Shown piece after piece: positions 18,201-28,273 of a DNA stretch of 64,000 bases. Source of the stretch: an uncultured Planctomycetota bacterium. GTDB lineage: Bacteria > Planctomycetota > Planctomycetia > Isosphaerales > Isosphaeraceae. The notes below the pieces were generated by a model that was given only the letters and a program-made list of their open reading frames with translations, was not told the DNA's origin and searched no databases. The position numbers were made by a program, and so were the translations under genes. Each line of letters starts with the position of its first letter. The stretch's first letter is position 1. The DNA lies in contig CAWGMQ010000005.1 of assembly GCA_963823665.1 (NCBI GenBank), forward strand, positions 1,728,001 to 1,792,000, read 5' to 3'.

Positions 18201-18665
18201 TCGTCGTTCACCAAGACTGCGTTGGGCCCGGGCGCAGTCGCCCCATCGATTGAGGCGACGACTCTTGACGGCAAGCCGATCACTCTTGCCGATTTCAAAG
18301 GCAAGTACGTGCTACTCGACTTCTGGGCGACCTGGTGCGGACCTTGCATCGCCGAGATTCCACAACTCCAGGCTGTCCACCAAGCGTTCGGCAAGGATAA
18401 GAACTTTGCGATTCTGAGCTTGAGTGTCGATGAACGGATCGACGAGCCCAAGAAGTTCGAGGAGAAGCGAAAGCTGCCGTGGGCGCAGGCTTTCCTGGGC
18501 GCCGGAATTCAAGGCCCGATCCCCGCCAAATTCGGCGTCCGGGCCATCCCCGCATTTGTCCTGGTCGGTCCCGACGGTAAGATTATTGCCCGAGGGATGC
18601 GAGGCGACGGCATCAAGAAAGAGGTCGAGAAGGCGCTTCAATCGCAGGCTTTGCCGGTCAAGTAG
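15286..18665 (+). CDS. ECF sigma factor fused to a TM helix, beta-sandwich repeats and a C-terminal TlpA-like thioredoxin; frameshift at about 16207
   Basis: Sigma part (DAQDAFQAVFLVLA; LCYLEGLSY) plus TM helix in ORF 15079-16278; ORF 16224-18665 has RGIVVDEAGRPVAG-type repeats and LDFWATWCGPC; one added A near 16207 joins them (..KKPGEEHVRVRG..). Confidence 0.82.
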
Positions 18666-19348
18666 GCCAGGCGGAGCTCTTTCGGAAAGCGCTCGATCGA
18701 ATACCTCAGCGCGGTTCGGGGCATGACTTTGCCGTGGCGTCGCAGGAAGCGCTCCAGGGTTGGCTGATCTCGCTTTCCCACTTCGCGGAGCATCCAGCCG
18801 ACGGCCTTGTGAATGAGGTCTTCCTTGTCGGCGAGAAGCAGCCGGGAGATTTTGAGCGTGTCGGCGAATTCTCCTTGCCGGATGAAGTAATGGGTTGCGA
18901 CGATGCTGATGCGTCGCTCCCACATGCTCGTCGAACGCGCGAGCTGCACGAGCGGCTCGCGGCTCTTGTCCGCCAGATGCCCCCCGACGATTTCTCGAGC
19001 CGAGGCATCCACCAGATCCCAGTTGTTGATGTAACGCGTGTGCGCGAGGTAGAGTTTGTAGATCTTCTCCTTCGCGGCCGCGTCGCCCTTCATGGCCTGA
19101 CGAACCAGGATCAGCAGCGCGATCGCCCTGTCCTCGTGCACGGCTGACCGCAAGAGCACCCGCAGATCACGCAAGGAAAGGCCGGCGTGCTCCTTGCTCA
19201 GCCGATGCATCGTCTGGGCGTTAAGCCCCAGGAAAATGTCGCCCTCGCCATACTGGCCCGGACCCATTCTAAAAAAACGGGCTGCCTGGGCCGTAGCCTC
19301 GGGAGAGCCAAGCTCGCGCAGTTGCTGTTGAATCTCGGAAGCTGTCAT
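18638..19348 (-). CDS. DNA alkylation repair protein (AlkD-like HEAT-repeat family)
   Basis: FF..GPGQYGEGDIFLG, NNWDLVDASA, WERRISIVAT, EDLIHKAVGWMLREVGKRD, MPRTALRYSIE; 28-bp convergent overlap with the ECF fusion gene. Confidence 0.88.
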   Translation of the reverse strand: MTASEIQQQLRELGSPEATAQAARFFRMGPGQYGEGDIFLGLNAQTMHRLSKEHAGLSLRDLRVLLRSAVHEDRAIALLILVRQAMKGDAAAKEKIYKLYLAHTRYINNWDLVDASAREIVGGHLADKSREPLVQLARSTSMWERRISIVATHYFIRQGEFADTLKISRLLLADKEDLIHKAVGWMLREVGKRDQPTLERFLRRHGKVMPRTALRYSIERFPKELRLAYLTGKACD

Positions 19349-19457
19349 GCGATGAACCCGATGCGTGATGGAAAGCATTGCCCTGGGCCGGCGAGGCCGG
19401 TACGCTGAGCCGTGCGGCTGACTTATTCTCTGCCATCAAACGATCGAGCGGAAGCCG

Positions 19458-20027
19458 ATGCCGATCACGTACGACGAAGCCGTTGCCAAGCTACACGAAT
19501 GGACCGATAGCCCCGCGTTGCGCTGCCATGCCCGCGCGGTCGAGGCGGCGATGCGGCTCGCATCGCACCGATACGGCGGCGGGCTGGACGAGAACCTGTG
19601 GGCGATGACAGGGCTCCTGCACGACGCAGATTATGATCGATGGCCCGATGAACATCCGAAGTTGATCGTTGCCTGGCTTCGTGAGCAGGGTGAGCCTGCG
19701 ATCGCCCAGGCGGTCGTGGCCCACTTCAATCCGGCCGATGTTCCCGAGCTCACAGCGCTCGACAAGGGACTTCTCGCCTGCGACGAGCTTGCCGGCTTCG
19801 TGATGGCCTGCTGCATGGTGCGCCCTGACGGAATTCATTCGCTCGCCCCATCGAGCGTGAAGAAAAAGCTCAAGGACAAAAGCTTCGCGGCCAAGGTCAA
19901 CCGCAATGACGTCTACCAGGGAGCCGAGCGTCTGGGCGTGAACCTCGACGAGCACATTCAGCTTGTGATCGAAGCCTTGAAACCACACGCTGAAGCACTG
20001 GGCATCGCGGGCACGGGACGGTCGTGA
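19458..20027 (+). CDS. HD/HDIG-domain metal-dependent hydrolase
   Basis: LRCHARAVE, GLLHDADY, AVVAH, ACDELAGFV, SVKKKLKDKSFAAKVNR. Confidence 0.88.
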   Translation: MPITYDEAVAKLHEWTDSPALRCHARAVEAAMRLASHRYGGGLDENLWAMTGLLHDADYDRWPDEHPKLIVAWLREQGEPAIAQAVVAHFNPADVPELTALDKGLLACDELAGFVMACCMVRPDGIHSLAPSSVKKKLKDKSFAAKVNRNDVYQGAERLGVNLDEHIQLVIEALKPHAEALGIAGTGRS

Positions 20028-20067
20028 ACTTGCCCGCCTGCCCCGCTCCACAAGAAACGAGTGCTCG

Positions 20068-20820
20068 ATGACTGCATCGTCAGAATGGTGGAAGAACTTC
20101 TTCTCCGGCGCCGCCGTCGAATCTTGGCTGATGATGCCCACGACGCAAATGACGGAGAGCGAGGCTGACTTCATCCAAAAATCGTTGGACGTGACCCCGC
20201 CGGCTCAGCTTCTCGATGTCCCCTGCGGCGGAGGCCGGCATTGCCACGCCTTGGCCGCACGCGGATTTAACATGACGGGCGTCGATCTGTCCGCCGAGTT
20301 TCTGACCGCCGCCCGATCACTTCCCGCCGACTCGTCAGGTCAGATTGCGTGGGAACACCGTGAGATGCGAGACCTTCCGTGGCCAAACCGGTTCGACGGG
20401 GCTTATTCCTTCGGCAACAGCTTCAGCTACCTGGATGACCATGGGAACGCCCAGTTCTTGAAGGCGGTCTTTAGCACGCTCAAGCGCGGCGGCAAGTTCG
20501 TGCTCGACACCGGCTATATCCTCGAGATCATCCTACCGACGTTGCAGGAACGAGCCTGGTACCCGGTCGGCGAGTTTCTGATGCTGGCACAACGGCGGTA
20601 CGAGCCAGCCGAAGGTCGCCTGCACGTGGAGTACACGTGGATCCGCGATGGCAAAACCGAAAAACGATCGATGTCGGCCCGGCTCTACAGCGTTCGCGAA
20701 CTGCTCCAGCTCCTCAAGGAGACGGGCTTTGCGGAGGTGCAACTTTTCTCGTCACTCGATCGGGAGGCGTTCCGATTCGGCTCCCACCGGCTCCTCGTGG
20801 TCGCAACCAAGCCATCATGA
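20068..20820 (+). CDS. Class I SAM-dependent methyltransferase
   Basis: LLDVPCGGGRH, TGVDLS, EMRDLP, FGNSFSY, LKRGGKFVLD. Confidence 0.9.
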   Translation: MTASSEWWKNFFSGAAVESWLMMPTTQMTESEADFIQKSLDVTPPAQLLDVPCGGGRHCHALAARGFNMTGVDLSAEFLTAARSLPADSSGQIAWEHREMRDLPWPNRFDGAYSFGNSFSYLDDHGNAQFLKAVFSTLKRGGKFVLDTGYILEIILPTLQERAWYPVGEFLMLAQRRYEPAEGRLHVEYTWIRDGKTEKRSMSARLYSVRELLQLLKETGFAEVQLFSSLDREAFRFGSHRLLVVATKPS

Positions 20821-21935
20821 ATCAGAATCAATCGAAGAACATTTACGCGAATCTCGGCATCAAGACGTTAATTAACGCCCAGGGGACGTACACGGCGCTG
20901 GGCGGCTCGCTCATGCCGCCGGAGGTGCTGCGAGCGATGACCGAGGCGGCCGGTTGGTTCGTGTCGATCCCTGACCTTCAGGAGAAGGTCGGAGCGCGGA
21001 TCGCCGGGCTGCTCAAGGTTCCCGCCGCGATGGTCACGGCAGGCGCCGCCTCGGCGATTACCGTTGCCACGGCGGCCTGCATGGCTCGCGATCATCCCGG
21101 CGCGATTGACAAACTTCCCGAGACCGAGGGGCTCAGGAACGAGGTTGTCATTCAGAAGAGCCACAAGTGCGGCTACGAGCCGCAAATGCTGTTGCTCGGT
21201 GCAAAGCTGGTCTGGGTCGAATCCCACGCCGAGCTCGAGAGATCGATCAACGCCCGCACGGCGATGCTCTTTTTTCTGAACCGCTATGAGCCGCTGGGGC
21301 AGATCAAGCGGCAGGATTGGATCCGTGCCGGCAAGAAACACACTGTTCCAGTTTTCAACGATGCCGCCGCGGATGTTCCGCCGGCCGGCCGGCTTTCAGA
21401 ATACGTCGACCAGGGCTTCGATCTAGTCGCCTTTTCCGGGGGCAAGGCGTTGTGCGGTCCTCAGGCCTCCGGCTTGCTGGTGGGGCGTGCCGATCTTATC
21501 GCAACGGCCCGCCACGCCTTGAGCCCGCAGATGGGCATTGGCCGCGGCATGAAAGTCGGCAAGGAAGAGATCATGGGCTTGCTCGCCGCAGTCGAGCGAT
21601 TCCTGACGATGGACCACGACGCACAGTGGCGGCTTTGGGAAACGCGCGTCGCCGAGATGATCGAGATGCTCGGCGGGATTCCAGGCGTCAATTTACGGCG
21701 CGACGTTCCCGAAATCGCCAACCATTCGCCGCACCTGTTGATTGAATGGAGTCGCTGGCACATTGCTCTACCAGCCGCGGAGGTCGTCCGCCAGCTTCGC
21801 GAAGGCGATCCTTCGATCGCGGCGCTCGCGGAAGCCGAGTACGGCCTGAGGATCGCCGTCTGGACACTCCGGGACGGCGAGCATCGCATCGTCGCCACGA
21901 GAATTCGAGACATCCTCGCCGGTAAGAAAACCTGA
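20817..21935 (+). CDS. SelA-like/DgaE-like PLP-dependent enzyme
   Basis: INAQGTYTALGGS, VTAGAASAI, DAAAD, FSGGKALCGPQASG (PLP lysine), IGRGMKVGKEEI; ATGA overlap with the methyltransferase. Confidence 0.85.
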   Translation: MNQNQSKNIYANLGIKTLINAQGTYTALGGSLMPPEVLRAMTEAAGWFVSIPDLQEKVGARIAGLLKVPAAMVTAGAASAITVATAACMARDHPGAIDKLPETEGLRNEVVIQKSHKCGYEPQMLLLGAKLVWVESHAELERSINARTAMLFFLNRYEPLGQIKRQDWIRAGKKHTVPVFNDAAADVPPAGRLSEYVDQGFDLVAFSGGKALCGPQASGLLVGRADLIATARHALSPQMGIGRGMKVGKEEIMGLLAAVERFLTMDHDAQWRLWETRVAEMIEMLGGIPGVNLRRDVPEIANHSPHLLIEWSRWHIALPAAEVVRQLREGDPSIAALAEAEYGLRIAVWTLRDGEHRIVATRIRDILAGKKT

Positions 21936-21961
21936 AATCCGAAATCCGAAATCCGAAATCC
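21934..21961. repeat. Heptamer tandem repeat (GAAATCC)x4 between convergent genes
   Basis: Exact GAAATCC GAAATCC GAAATCC GAAATCC starting within the TGA stop codon. Confidence 0.9.
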
Positions 21962-21979
21962 TCTCGCGCAGCTCAGGTC

Positions 21980-24679
21980 TCAGGGCGACCCGTCCGAAGT
22001 TGTGGCGGCACCGGCCGCATTGCTTGAACCCGCATCCGCGTCGGCTTGCTTCCGCCTGAGCTCGGCGATTCGATTCGACAGCTCGTCGTTCTTGCGCTCG
22101 AGCTCGCCAAGCTCTTTCTCGAGCTCGCCGAGCGCCCTGGCCCGCGCCGGTGCGAGGTTGCTGCGCTCTGGTTTCTGCCCCGCTTCCTTCAACTCCTTGA
22201 TCGTGGACTCCAGAAAGTCACTCGGGATCCCGCCAAAGCCGAGGTGGTCGCGGCCGAGTCGAGCCTCGAGCACCGGCAGGGCCTTCTTCAGCTTGAGCTG
22301 GCGAACCGTCATCCAGGCAATCAGCCGTACCATGCGATCCGGATCGTCGCAGCGATCGATGAGTGTTGCCTGGAGCGCGGGATCACTCCTGGCCAGCCGG
22401 TTGAATGCACTGATCGCTGTGGACCGAAGCACTGCTGGTTGACCGTGCTTTGAATAAAGTGCGGCCAGCTCGCGAGCCTTGGCTCCGGGAGTCTCGAGCG
22501 AGAGCTCGAGAGCGACCGCGGCAATGGTGTGGTCGCCTGCCGTGATCTTGAGGCCTTTCTCGACCAACTCCGGAGCGTCCTTCACTTTCCATCGCACCAG
22601 CCCGCGCAAGGCGGCCTTGCGCGAACTGTACGGCTGGCCTGGATCGTTCCACGCCGCGCGGAGAAGGGCTTCCGATTTTTCGGAACGCCGGAGCCTGGCC
22701 AGGCCTTCGACTGCCGCAGCTCGCACGCGGGGCTCATGGTCCGAGGCTCCTTCGACGAGCGCTGCACGAAACACCTCTGCGCCATTGCAGAGAATGGCGA
22801 AGAGCTCGTGCCGGGTGATGGGTGATTTCTCCCGTTTCCAGGCCAGGGACAGGGCCTCGGCAATCTTGGTGTTCGTCCTGGCCTTCTTGATCAATTCCGC
22901 CGCCGCGCTCAATCGGCCCAGCATGCACGCGGCGTGCTCGAGCTGGAACAGGTTCTCTTCGTCGGACTTTGCGAAGTTGATCTCCTTGAGCAGCCAGCCC
23001 CGGGGATCGATCTCGACCATCTTGGGGCGGGTTCGGCAGGGGACCACGAATTCGTGCGATCGGCCGTCGATCAAGATCGGAATCACGCGAGGTGCGCCGG
23101 CGCTCTCGGTGATCTCGAGTGTCGTCGGCAAGCGAAATAGTGGCGTCTGCTCGTCGGGGGCCTGGGTCTGCTGCACGCGCACCCGCAGCGTCTGGTCGGC
23201 ATCCTCGTAGTACCAGCGGACCTTGAGCTCGGGGTGACCGGCTTTGTAAACCCACTGGTCAAAGAACCATTTGAGGTCCTGGCCGGAGGCGGCCTCCATT
23301 GCTTTTCGGAAGTCGCCGGTCTCGACGATTTGCAGCTTATGAGCGGCGACGTATTGGCGGATCCCTTTCCACCACGCCGCTTCGCCCACCAGCCCTCGCA
23401 GAACGTGCAGCACGCAGGCTCCCTTCGAATAGGTCACGCCATCGAACATGTCCTCGGATGATCGATATCGCTCCTCAACAAGCGCACGACGGGAAAAGCG
23501 GTCTCCTGCGAGGTATTCGGCCGCAGTCCGGTGCATATCGAGGCGAAAGACGTCATCGCCTTTGTCGTCCTCGGTAAAAATCGCGGCGAAGTAGCTGGCG
23601 AAACCTTCGTTGAGCCAGAGGTGCGACCAGTCCTTGCCCGTCAAGTAATCTCCGAACCATTGATGCGCGAGCTCGTGGGCGACCAAGGAGTCGGAGTCGC
23701 CCTCGAGCGCACCGATCTCGTCGACGAGCACGCTATCGGTCATGGTGGTCGCCGTGATGTTCTCCATTCCTCCGGCGACGAAGTCGGGCACGCATACCTG
23801 CGCATACTTGTTGTAGGGGTAAGGCTGACCGGTCTTTTCGCTGAACAAGCGAATCATCCTGGGCGTGTGGCCCATGAAGCGCCGCGCGGTGGCTTCGTCA
23901 ATGTGCTTGGCGACGTAGTAATCGAGCGGCAGATCACCGACCCGGTCGTGATAAACCGCGAATTCAGCTCCGGCGAGTGAAATCAGATAGCTCACGTGAG
24001 GAACGTCCATTTTCCAGTGGTAAGTGGTCGTCGCGCCGGAATCCACTTTCTCGGCAAGCACGCCGTTGGACAGGACGAAGAGGGGTTTAGACACCGTGAT
24101 GATCATCTCGCTTGTGGCACGCTCATTCGGGTAGTCGTAGCATGGGAGCCAGCACCTCGTATCCTCCGACTCGCCCTGGGTCCAGAACGACAGCATCTTG
24201 TTGGGGTAGCCAGCGGCCGGGTCGACAAAATACAGCCCCCGCACGGGCTTGCCTGAATACTCGACGGCCACGTCGAGCGTGTCAGCAGGCCCGTACGGCC
24301 TATCGAGCTTGATCGCGAGTTTCTGCTCCTTGACGCCGAAAGTGCACTGTGCCGCACTGGTTCCCACGCGCACCCTGGCGATCTTCAGGTCCGGCCCGCA
24401 ATCCAGCTCAACTTCACTCAGGAGGGGGTGCAGCGGGCTGATCGTGTGTGTGACCACGCCGCTCACCTGGTGATTCACGGTATCTACGACCAGCTTGGCC
24501 TTGATATGCTTGACGTCGAAGAATCGGATCCGTTCTGGTTGGCGGGGCGTTCCGGCCTTGACGAACGGCGGACGCCTGCGTCCGACTTCCAGCGTCGTAC
24601 TCTGGGCGAGCGCGAACGGGCTGGCGGCAGCCGCCGCCAGGATCAAGTAAATTCCGATTCCTCGAATCAGCCTGGGCAT
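21980..24679 (-). CDS. M1-family aminopeptidase with signal peptide, HEAT repeats and C-terminal coiled coil
   Basis: WTQGE, GGMEN, HELAHQWFG..WLNEGFA (HEXXH-X18-E), YSKGA; signal peptide MPRLIRGIGIYLILAAAAASPFALA. Confidence 0.92.
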   Translation of the reverse strand: MPRLIRGIGIYLILAAAAASPFALAQSTTLEVGRRRPPFVKAGTPRQPERIRFFDVKHIKAKLVVDTVNHQVSGVVTHTISPLHPLLSEVELDCGPDLKIARVRVGTSAAQCTFGVKEQKLAIKLDRPYGPADTLDVAVEYSGKPVRGLYFVDPAAGYPNKMLSFWTQGESEDTRCWLPCYDYPNERATSEMIITVSKPLFVLSNGVLAEKVDSGATTTYHWKMDVPHVSYLISLAGAEFAVYHDRVGDLPLDYYVAKHIDEATARRFMGHTPRMIRLFSEKTGQPYPYNKYAQVCVPDFVAGGMENITATTMTDSVLVDEIGALEGDSDSLVAHELAHQWFGDYLTGKDWSHLWLNEGFASYFAAIFTEDDKGDDVFRLDMHRTAAEYLAGDRFSRRALVEERYRSSEDMFDGVTYSKGACVLHVLRGLVGEAAWWKGIRQYVAAHKLQIVETGDFRKAMEAASGQDLKWFFDQWVYKAGHPELKVRWYYEDADQTLRVRVQQTQAPDEQTPLFRLPTTLEITESAGAPRVIPILIDGRSHEFVVPCRTRPKMVEIDPRGWLLKEINFAKSDEENLFQLEHAACMLGRLSAAAELIKKARTNTKIAEALSLAWKREKSPITRHELFAILCNGAEVFRAALVEGASDHEPRVRAAAVEGLARLRRSEKSEALLRAAWNDPGQPYSSRKAALRGLVRWKVKDAPELVEKGLKITAGDHTIAAVALELSLETPGAKARELAALYSKHGQPAVLRSTAISAFNRLARSDPALQATLIDRCDDPDRMVRLIAWMTVRQLKLKKALPVLEARLGRDHLGFGGIPSDFLESTIKELKEAGQKPERSNLAPARARALGELEKELGELERKNDELSNRIAELRRKQADADAGSSNAAGAATTSDGSP

Positions 24680-24694
24680 GATGGTTTCCAATCG

Positions 24695-26710
24695 ATGAAC
24701 CGACACGGTTTCCTCCGCATCGCCTGCGCCTCACCCCGCGTGAGCGTCGCCGATCCGTCGGCCAACGCGGCCGAAATCATCCGGCTCATCGCCTTGGCGA
24801 CCGATAGCGATCTACTCGTGTTCCCCGAGCTCTGCGTTACAGGATACACCTGCGCCGACCTCTTCGGCCAATCGGTTCTCCTGGAAGGAGCTTGCAGGGC
24901 CGTGCGGCAGATCGCCCGCGCGACAACCGGCCGGCCGCAACTGGTGGTCGTAGGCTGCCCGGTTGCGGTGGGCAACGGACTCTACAACTGCGCGGTTGCG
25001 CTCTCGGACGGTGCGATCCTGGGCATCGTTCCCAAACAGCACTTGCCCAATTACAAGGAATACTACGAGAACCGCTGGTTCCAGCCGGCGAACGGGACCG
25101 AGCCAACTGAAATCGAGCTGGAAGACGTGCGGGCGCCGTTCGGCACGGATCTTCTATTCGCGGCAAGGACTGCGGGTGAGTCGAGGGCCGGTTCGGTCCT
25201 GATCGGAATCGAGATCTGCGAGGACTTGTGGGTTCCGATTCCACCGAGCTCGCTCCAGGCGCTGGCCGGGGCGACAGTCATTCTCAACCTCTCGGCCAGC
25301 AACGAGACTATCGGCAAGAGCCGCTATCGGACGGATCTCGTCGTGGGCCAATCCGGCCGCGCCATCGCCGGGTATGCGATGGCTGGGGCCGGCCCGTCGG
25401 AATCGACTACCGACGTGGTGTTCGGCGGCCATTGTCTGATTGCAGAGAACGGCCGCCTGCTGGCGGAATCGCCCCGTGTCGGCGACGGCCAACCCGTCCG
25501 GCGCGATTCGTACTTGATCACCCAGGATATCGACGTCGCCAAGCTTCTGTTCGATCGGCGACTCATGACGAGCTTCGACGGCACCGCAGCAAGCTCGAAG
25601 CGGTTTCGCCCTGTTGAATTCTTTCTCTCCGAAACAATGGATGGACTGAAGCGCGACGTGCCCGGCACTCCATTTGTGCCAGCGGAGGGTCCGGAGCTTC
25701 ATCGCCGATGCGCCGAGATCTTTGGCATTCAATGCGCAGGACTGGCCAAACGCATCGAATGCCTTCCCCCCGGCTCACGATTCTACATCGGCATTTCGGG
25801 AGGCCTCGATTCCACGCTCGCGGCATTAGTCACCGTCGCCACCTGCGACATGCTCGGGCTGGACCGGCGCCAGGTGCACGGACTCACGATGCCCGGCTTC
25901 GGCACGACTGCTCGTACCCGCGCGAATGCGCTTGCGCTCATGGAACATCTGGGGATCTCTGCAGAATCGATCGACCTGAGCGAGATGGCGCTCCAGGCGT
26001 TCCGCGAGCTGAGCCATCGCCCGTTCGGAATTGATTGCACGAACCTTGATCTCAAGTCGTTTCGTGCCGCGCTCGAACGCATTCCCAGAGAGGCGTGCAG
26101 CGACCTGGTCTTCGAGAACGTCCAGGCCCGTCTGCGCACGTTTCTGCTCATGTCCAAAGGTTTCGTCGTCGGCACCGGCGACCTCTCCGAGCAGGCACTG
26201 GGCTGGTCGACCTATAATGGCGACCACATGAGCATGTATAATCCCAACTGCTCGATCCCCAAAACGCTGGTGAAATTCCTGGTCAAGTACGTGGCTCTCT
26301 ACCAGTTTCCAGAGGGCCCCGCCCGGCGCACGCTGCTTTCCATTGTCGAGACGACGATTTCGCCCGAGCTCTTGCCGCCTGGGGCTGGCGGTGAAATCGA
26401 ACAATCGACCGAGGCAGCGCTCGGCCCCTTCGAGCTGCACGACTTCATCCTGTATCACGCGGTGCGCTGCGGATATCCGCCGGAAAAGATTCTGTTCCTG
26501 AGCCGCTTCGCCACATTCACCCAGTCGTATCCGCCCGAATTATTCGAGCGGACGATGAAGACCTTTTTCGAACGGTTCTTTCGTCATCAATACAAGCGGT
26601 CGTGCGTCCCCGACGGCCCCAAGGTCGGCACGGTCAGCCTGTCTCCTCGCGGCGACTGGCGAATGCCGTCTGACGCTCTTGTCGCCGAGTGGCTCAGATG
26701 GAAAGCGTGA
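24695..26710 (+). CDS. nadE: Glutamine-dependent NAD+ synthetase
   Basis: Nitrilase domain (FPELCVTGY, PKQHLPNY, EICEDLW) fused to synthetase domain (GISGGLDSTL, FENVQAR, GTGDLSE, ISPEL, QYKR..PDGPKVG..LSPRGDWRMPSD); start ATG 24695. Confidence 0.95.
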   Translation: MNRHGFLRIACASPRVSVADPSANAAEIIRLIALATDSDLLVFPELCVTGYTCADLFGQSVLLEGACRAVRQIARATTGRPQLVVVGCPVAVGNGLYNCAVALSDGAILGIVPKQHLPNYKEYYENRWFQPANGTEPTEIELEDVRAPFGTDLLFAARTAGESRAGSVLIGIEICEDLWVPIPPSSLQALAGATVILNLSASNETIGKSRYRTDLVVGQSGRAIAGYAMAGAGPSESTTDVVFGGHCLIAENGRLLAESPRVGDGQPVRRDSYLITQDIDVAKLLFDRRLMTSFDGTAASSKRFRPVEFFLSETMDGLKRDVPGTPFVPAEGPELHRRCAEIFGIQCAGLAKRIECLPPGSRFYIGISGGLDSTLAALVTVATCDMLGLDRRQVHGLTMPGFGTTARTRANALALMEHLGISAESIDLSEMALQAFRELSHRPFGIDCTNLDLKSFRAALERIPREACSDLVFENVQARLRTFLLMSKGFVVGTGDLSEQALGWSTYNGDHMSMYNPNCSIPKTLVKFLVKYVALYQFPEGPARRTLLSIVETTISPELLPPGAGGEIEQSTEAALGPFELHDFILYHAVRCGYPPEKILFLSRFATFTQSYPPELFERTMKTFFERFFRHQYKRSCVPDGPKVGTVSLSPRGDWRMPSDALVAEWLRWKA

Positions 26711-26747
26711 GCTCCCAGGTCTGACCGATCAAACCCTCGCCGAACCT

Positions 26748-28268
26748 TCAGGCGAGAAGCTCCTTGCGGATCTTGGCCTCGCCCTCGGGGCCGATGAGCT
26801 TCTGGTGTAACCCCTGGTAGGCGTAGGTGAGCTTCCAGGCGTCGAGGCCAAGCAGGTGAAGGATGGTGGCTTGCAGGTCGTGGATGCTCACGGGATTCTG
26901 GACGATGTTGTAACCCAGAAGATCGGTTGCGCCGACGGTGATGCCCGGCTTGATTCCGCCACCGGCGAGCCAGATTGCGAAGCAGTGTGGGTGGTGGTCG
27001 CGACCCAGGAACTTCGAGCCGCCGCGGGCCTCGTTCATGGATGTGCGGCCAAACTCGCCTCCCCAGACCACGAGGGTTTCCTCGAGCAGGCCGCGACGTT
27101 TGAGGTCTGTCAGCAAGGCGGCAATCGGCCGGTCGACTTCCCTGCACTTTTCCGGCAAGTGCTTGACAATGTCGTCACCGGCACCGGTTCCGTGACAATC
27201 CCATCCCCAATCGAAGAGCTGGACGTAGCGCACGCCTCGCTCGAGCAACCGCCGGGCCAGCAGGCAGTTATTGGCGAATGACGATGCCCCGGGGCTGGCG
27301 CCATACTCTTCCAGAATGGGCGCGGGCTCCTGTCTGATGTCCATCACGTCGGGAACGGCCATCTGCATCCGGAAGGCCAGCTCGTACTGGCTGATCCGCG
27401 TCAGAGTCTCGGGGTCACCGAACTGAGAGAGCTCAAATTCGTTGAGCTTGCGAAGTGCGTCGAGCGTGCGCCGGCGATCTTGACGCTCCATGCCCTTGGG
27501 ATCGTTGACGTAGAGCACGGGATCACCGACCGTGCGGCACTGTACGCCCTGGTAAACACTCGGCAGAAAGCCAGTGCTCCAGAGGGCCTTACCGCCGGTG
27601 GGATCCGTGCCCCCGCTGATCAGAACGATGAAACCGGGCAGGTCTTCATTCTCTGTACCCAGGCCGTACGTGATCCAGGATCCCATCGCCGCGGCGCCGT
27701 TGCGCGATGAGCCCGTGTAGAGGAACAGCTCGGCCGGCGCATGGTTGAACTGGTCGGTATACATCGACTTGACGATGGCGATCTCGTCAATCGTGCCGCG
27801 CAAGTGGGGCAAGAGCTCACTGACCAGCGCGCCGCACTGACCGCTTTTCTGGAACCGGTACGGCGTGCCCAGAAGCTTGGGATGCCCTTTGATGAAGGCG
27901 AACCGCTGATTCTTGAGCAGCTCGTCCGGGCAGGGCTTCATGTGATGCTTGACCAGCTCGGGCTTCCAGTCAAACAGGTCTTGCTGGGGTGGTCCGCCTG
28001 ACATGTGCAGGTAAACCACCCGTTTGGCCTTGGGCGCGAAGTGCGGAGGTCTGAGAGCCATCGGTGAAAGAGCCGAAGGAATCGCAGAGGACGGACCTGC
28101 CCCCCTGCTCTGCGTTACTCCCGGCTGCTCTGGCTTCCCGCCCCGCGCATTGCGATCGAGCAGCGAGGCCAGCGCAATGGCACCTAATCCCGCTTGCGAT
28201 GTCTTCAAGAACTGGCGGCGGGTGTGTGCACGCGCGAGCTGCAGGTTGAGGGGAAGATCGATATCCAT
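26748..28268 (-). CDS. DUF1501 domain protein (Tat-like RRxFL signal)
   Basis: TRRQFLK, PKAKRVVYLHMSGGPPQQDLFD, GSWITYGLG..LPGF, ARRLLERGVRYVQ, WGGEFGRT, GRDHHP. Confidence 0.92.
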   Translation of the reverse strand: MDIDLPLNLQLARAHTRRQFLKTSQAGLGAIALASLLDRNARGGKPEQPGVTQSRGAGPSSAIPSALSPMALRPPHFAPKAKRVVYLHMSGGPPQQDLFDWKPELVKHHMKPCPDELLKNQRFAFIKGHPKLLGTPYRFQKSGQCGALVSELLPHLRGTIDEIAIVKSMYTDQFNHAPAELFLYTGSSRNGAAAMGSWITYGLGTENEDLPGFIVLISGGTDPTGGKALWSTGFLPSVYQGVQCRTVGDPVLYVNDPKGMERQDRRRTLDALRKLNEFELSQFGDPETLTRISQYELAFRMQMAVPDVMDIRQEPAPILEEYGASPGASSFANNCLLARRLLERGVRYVQLFDWGWDCHGTGAGDDIVKHLPEKCREVDRPIAALLTDLKRRGLLEETLVVWGGEFGRTSMNEARGGSKFLGRDHHPHCFAIWLAGGGIKPGITVGATDLLGYNIVQNPVSIHDLQATILHLLGLDAWKLTYAYQGLHQKLIGPEGEAKIRKELLA

Positions 28269-28273
28269 GAGAA

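Noticed and set aside
20817..21935. True selenocysteine synthase selA
   Set aside because: Shorter than canonical SelA, motifs fit the SelA-like/DgaE group, and no other sel genes are nearby.
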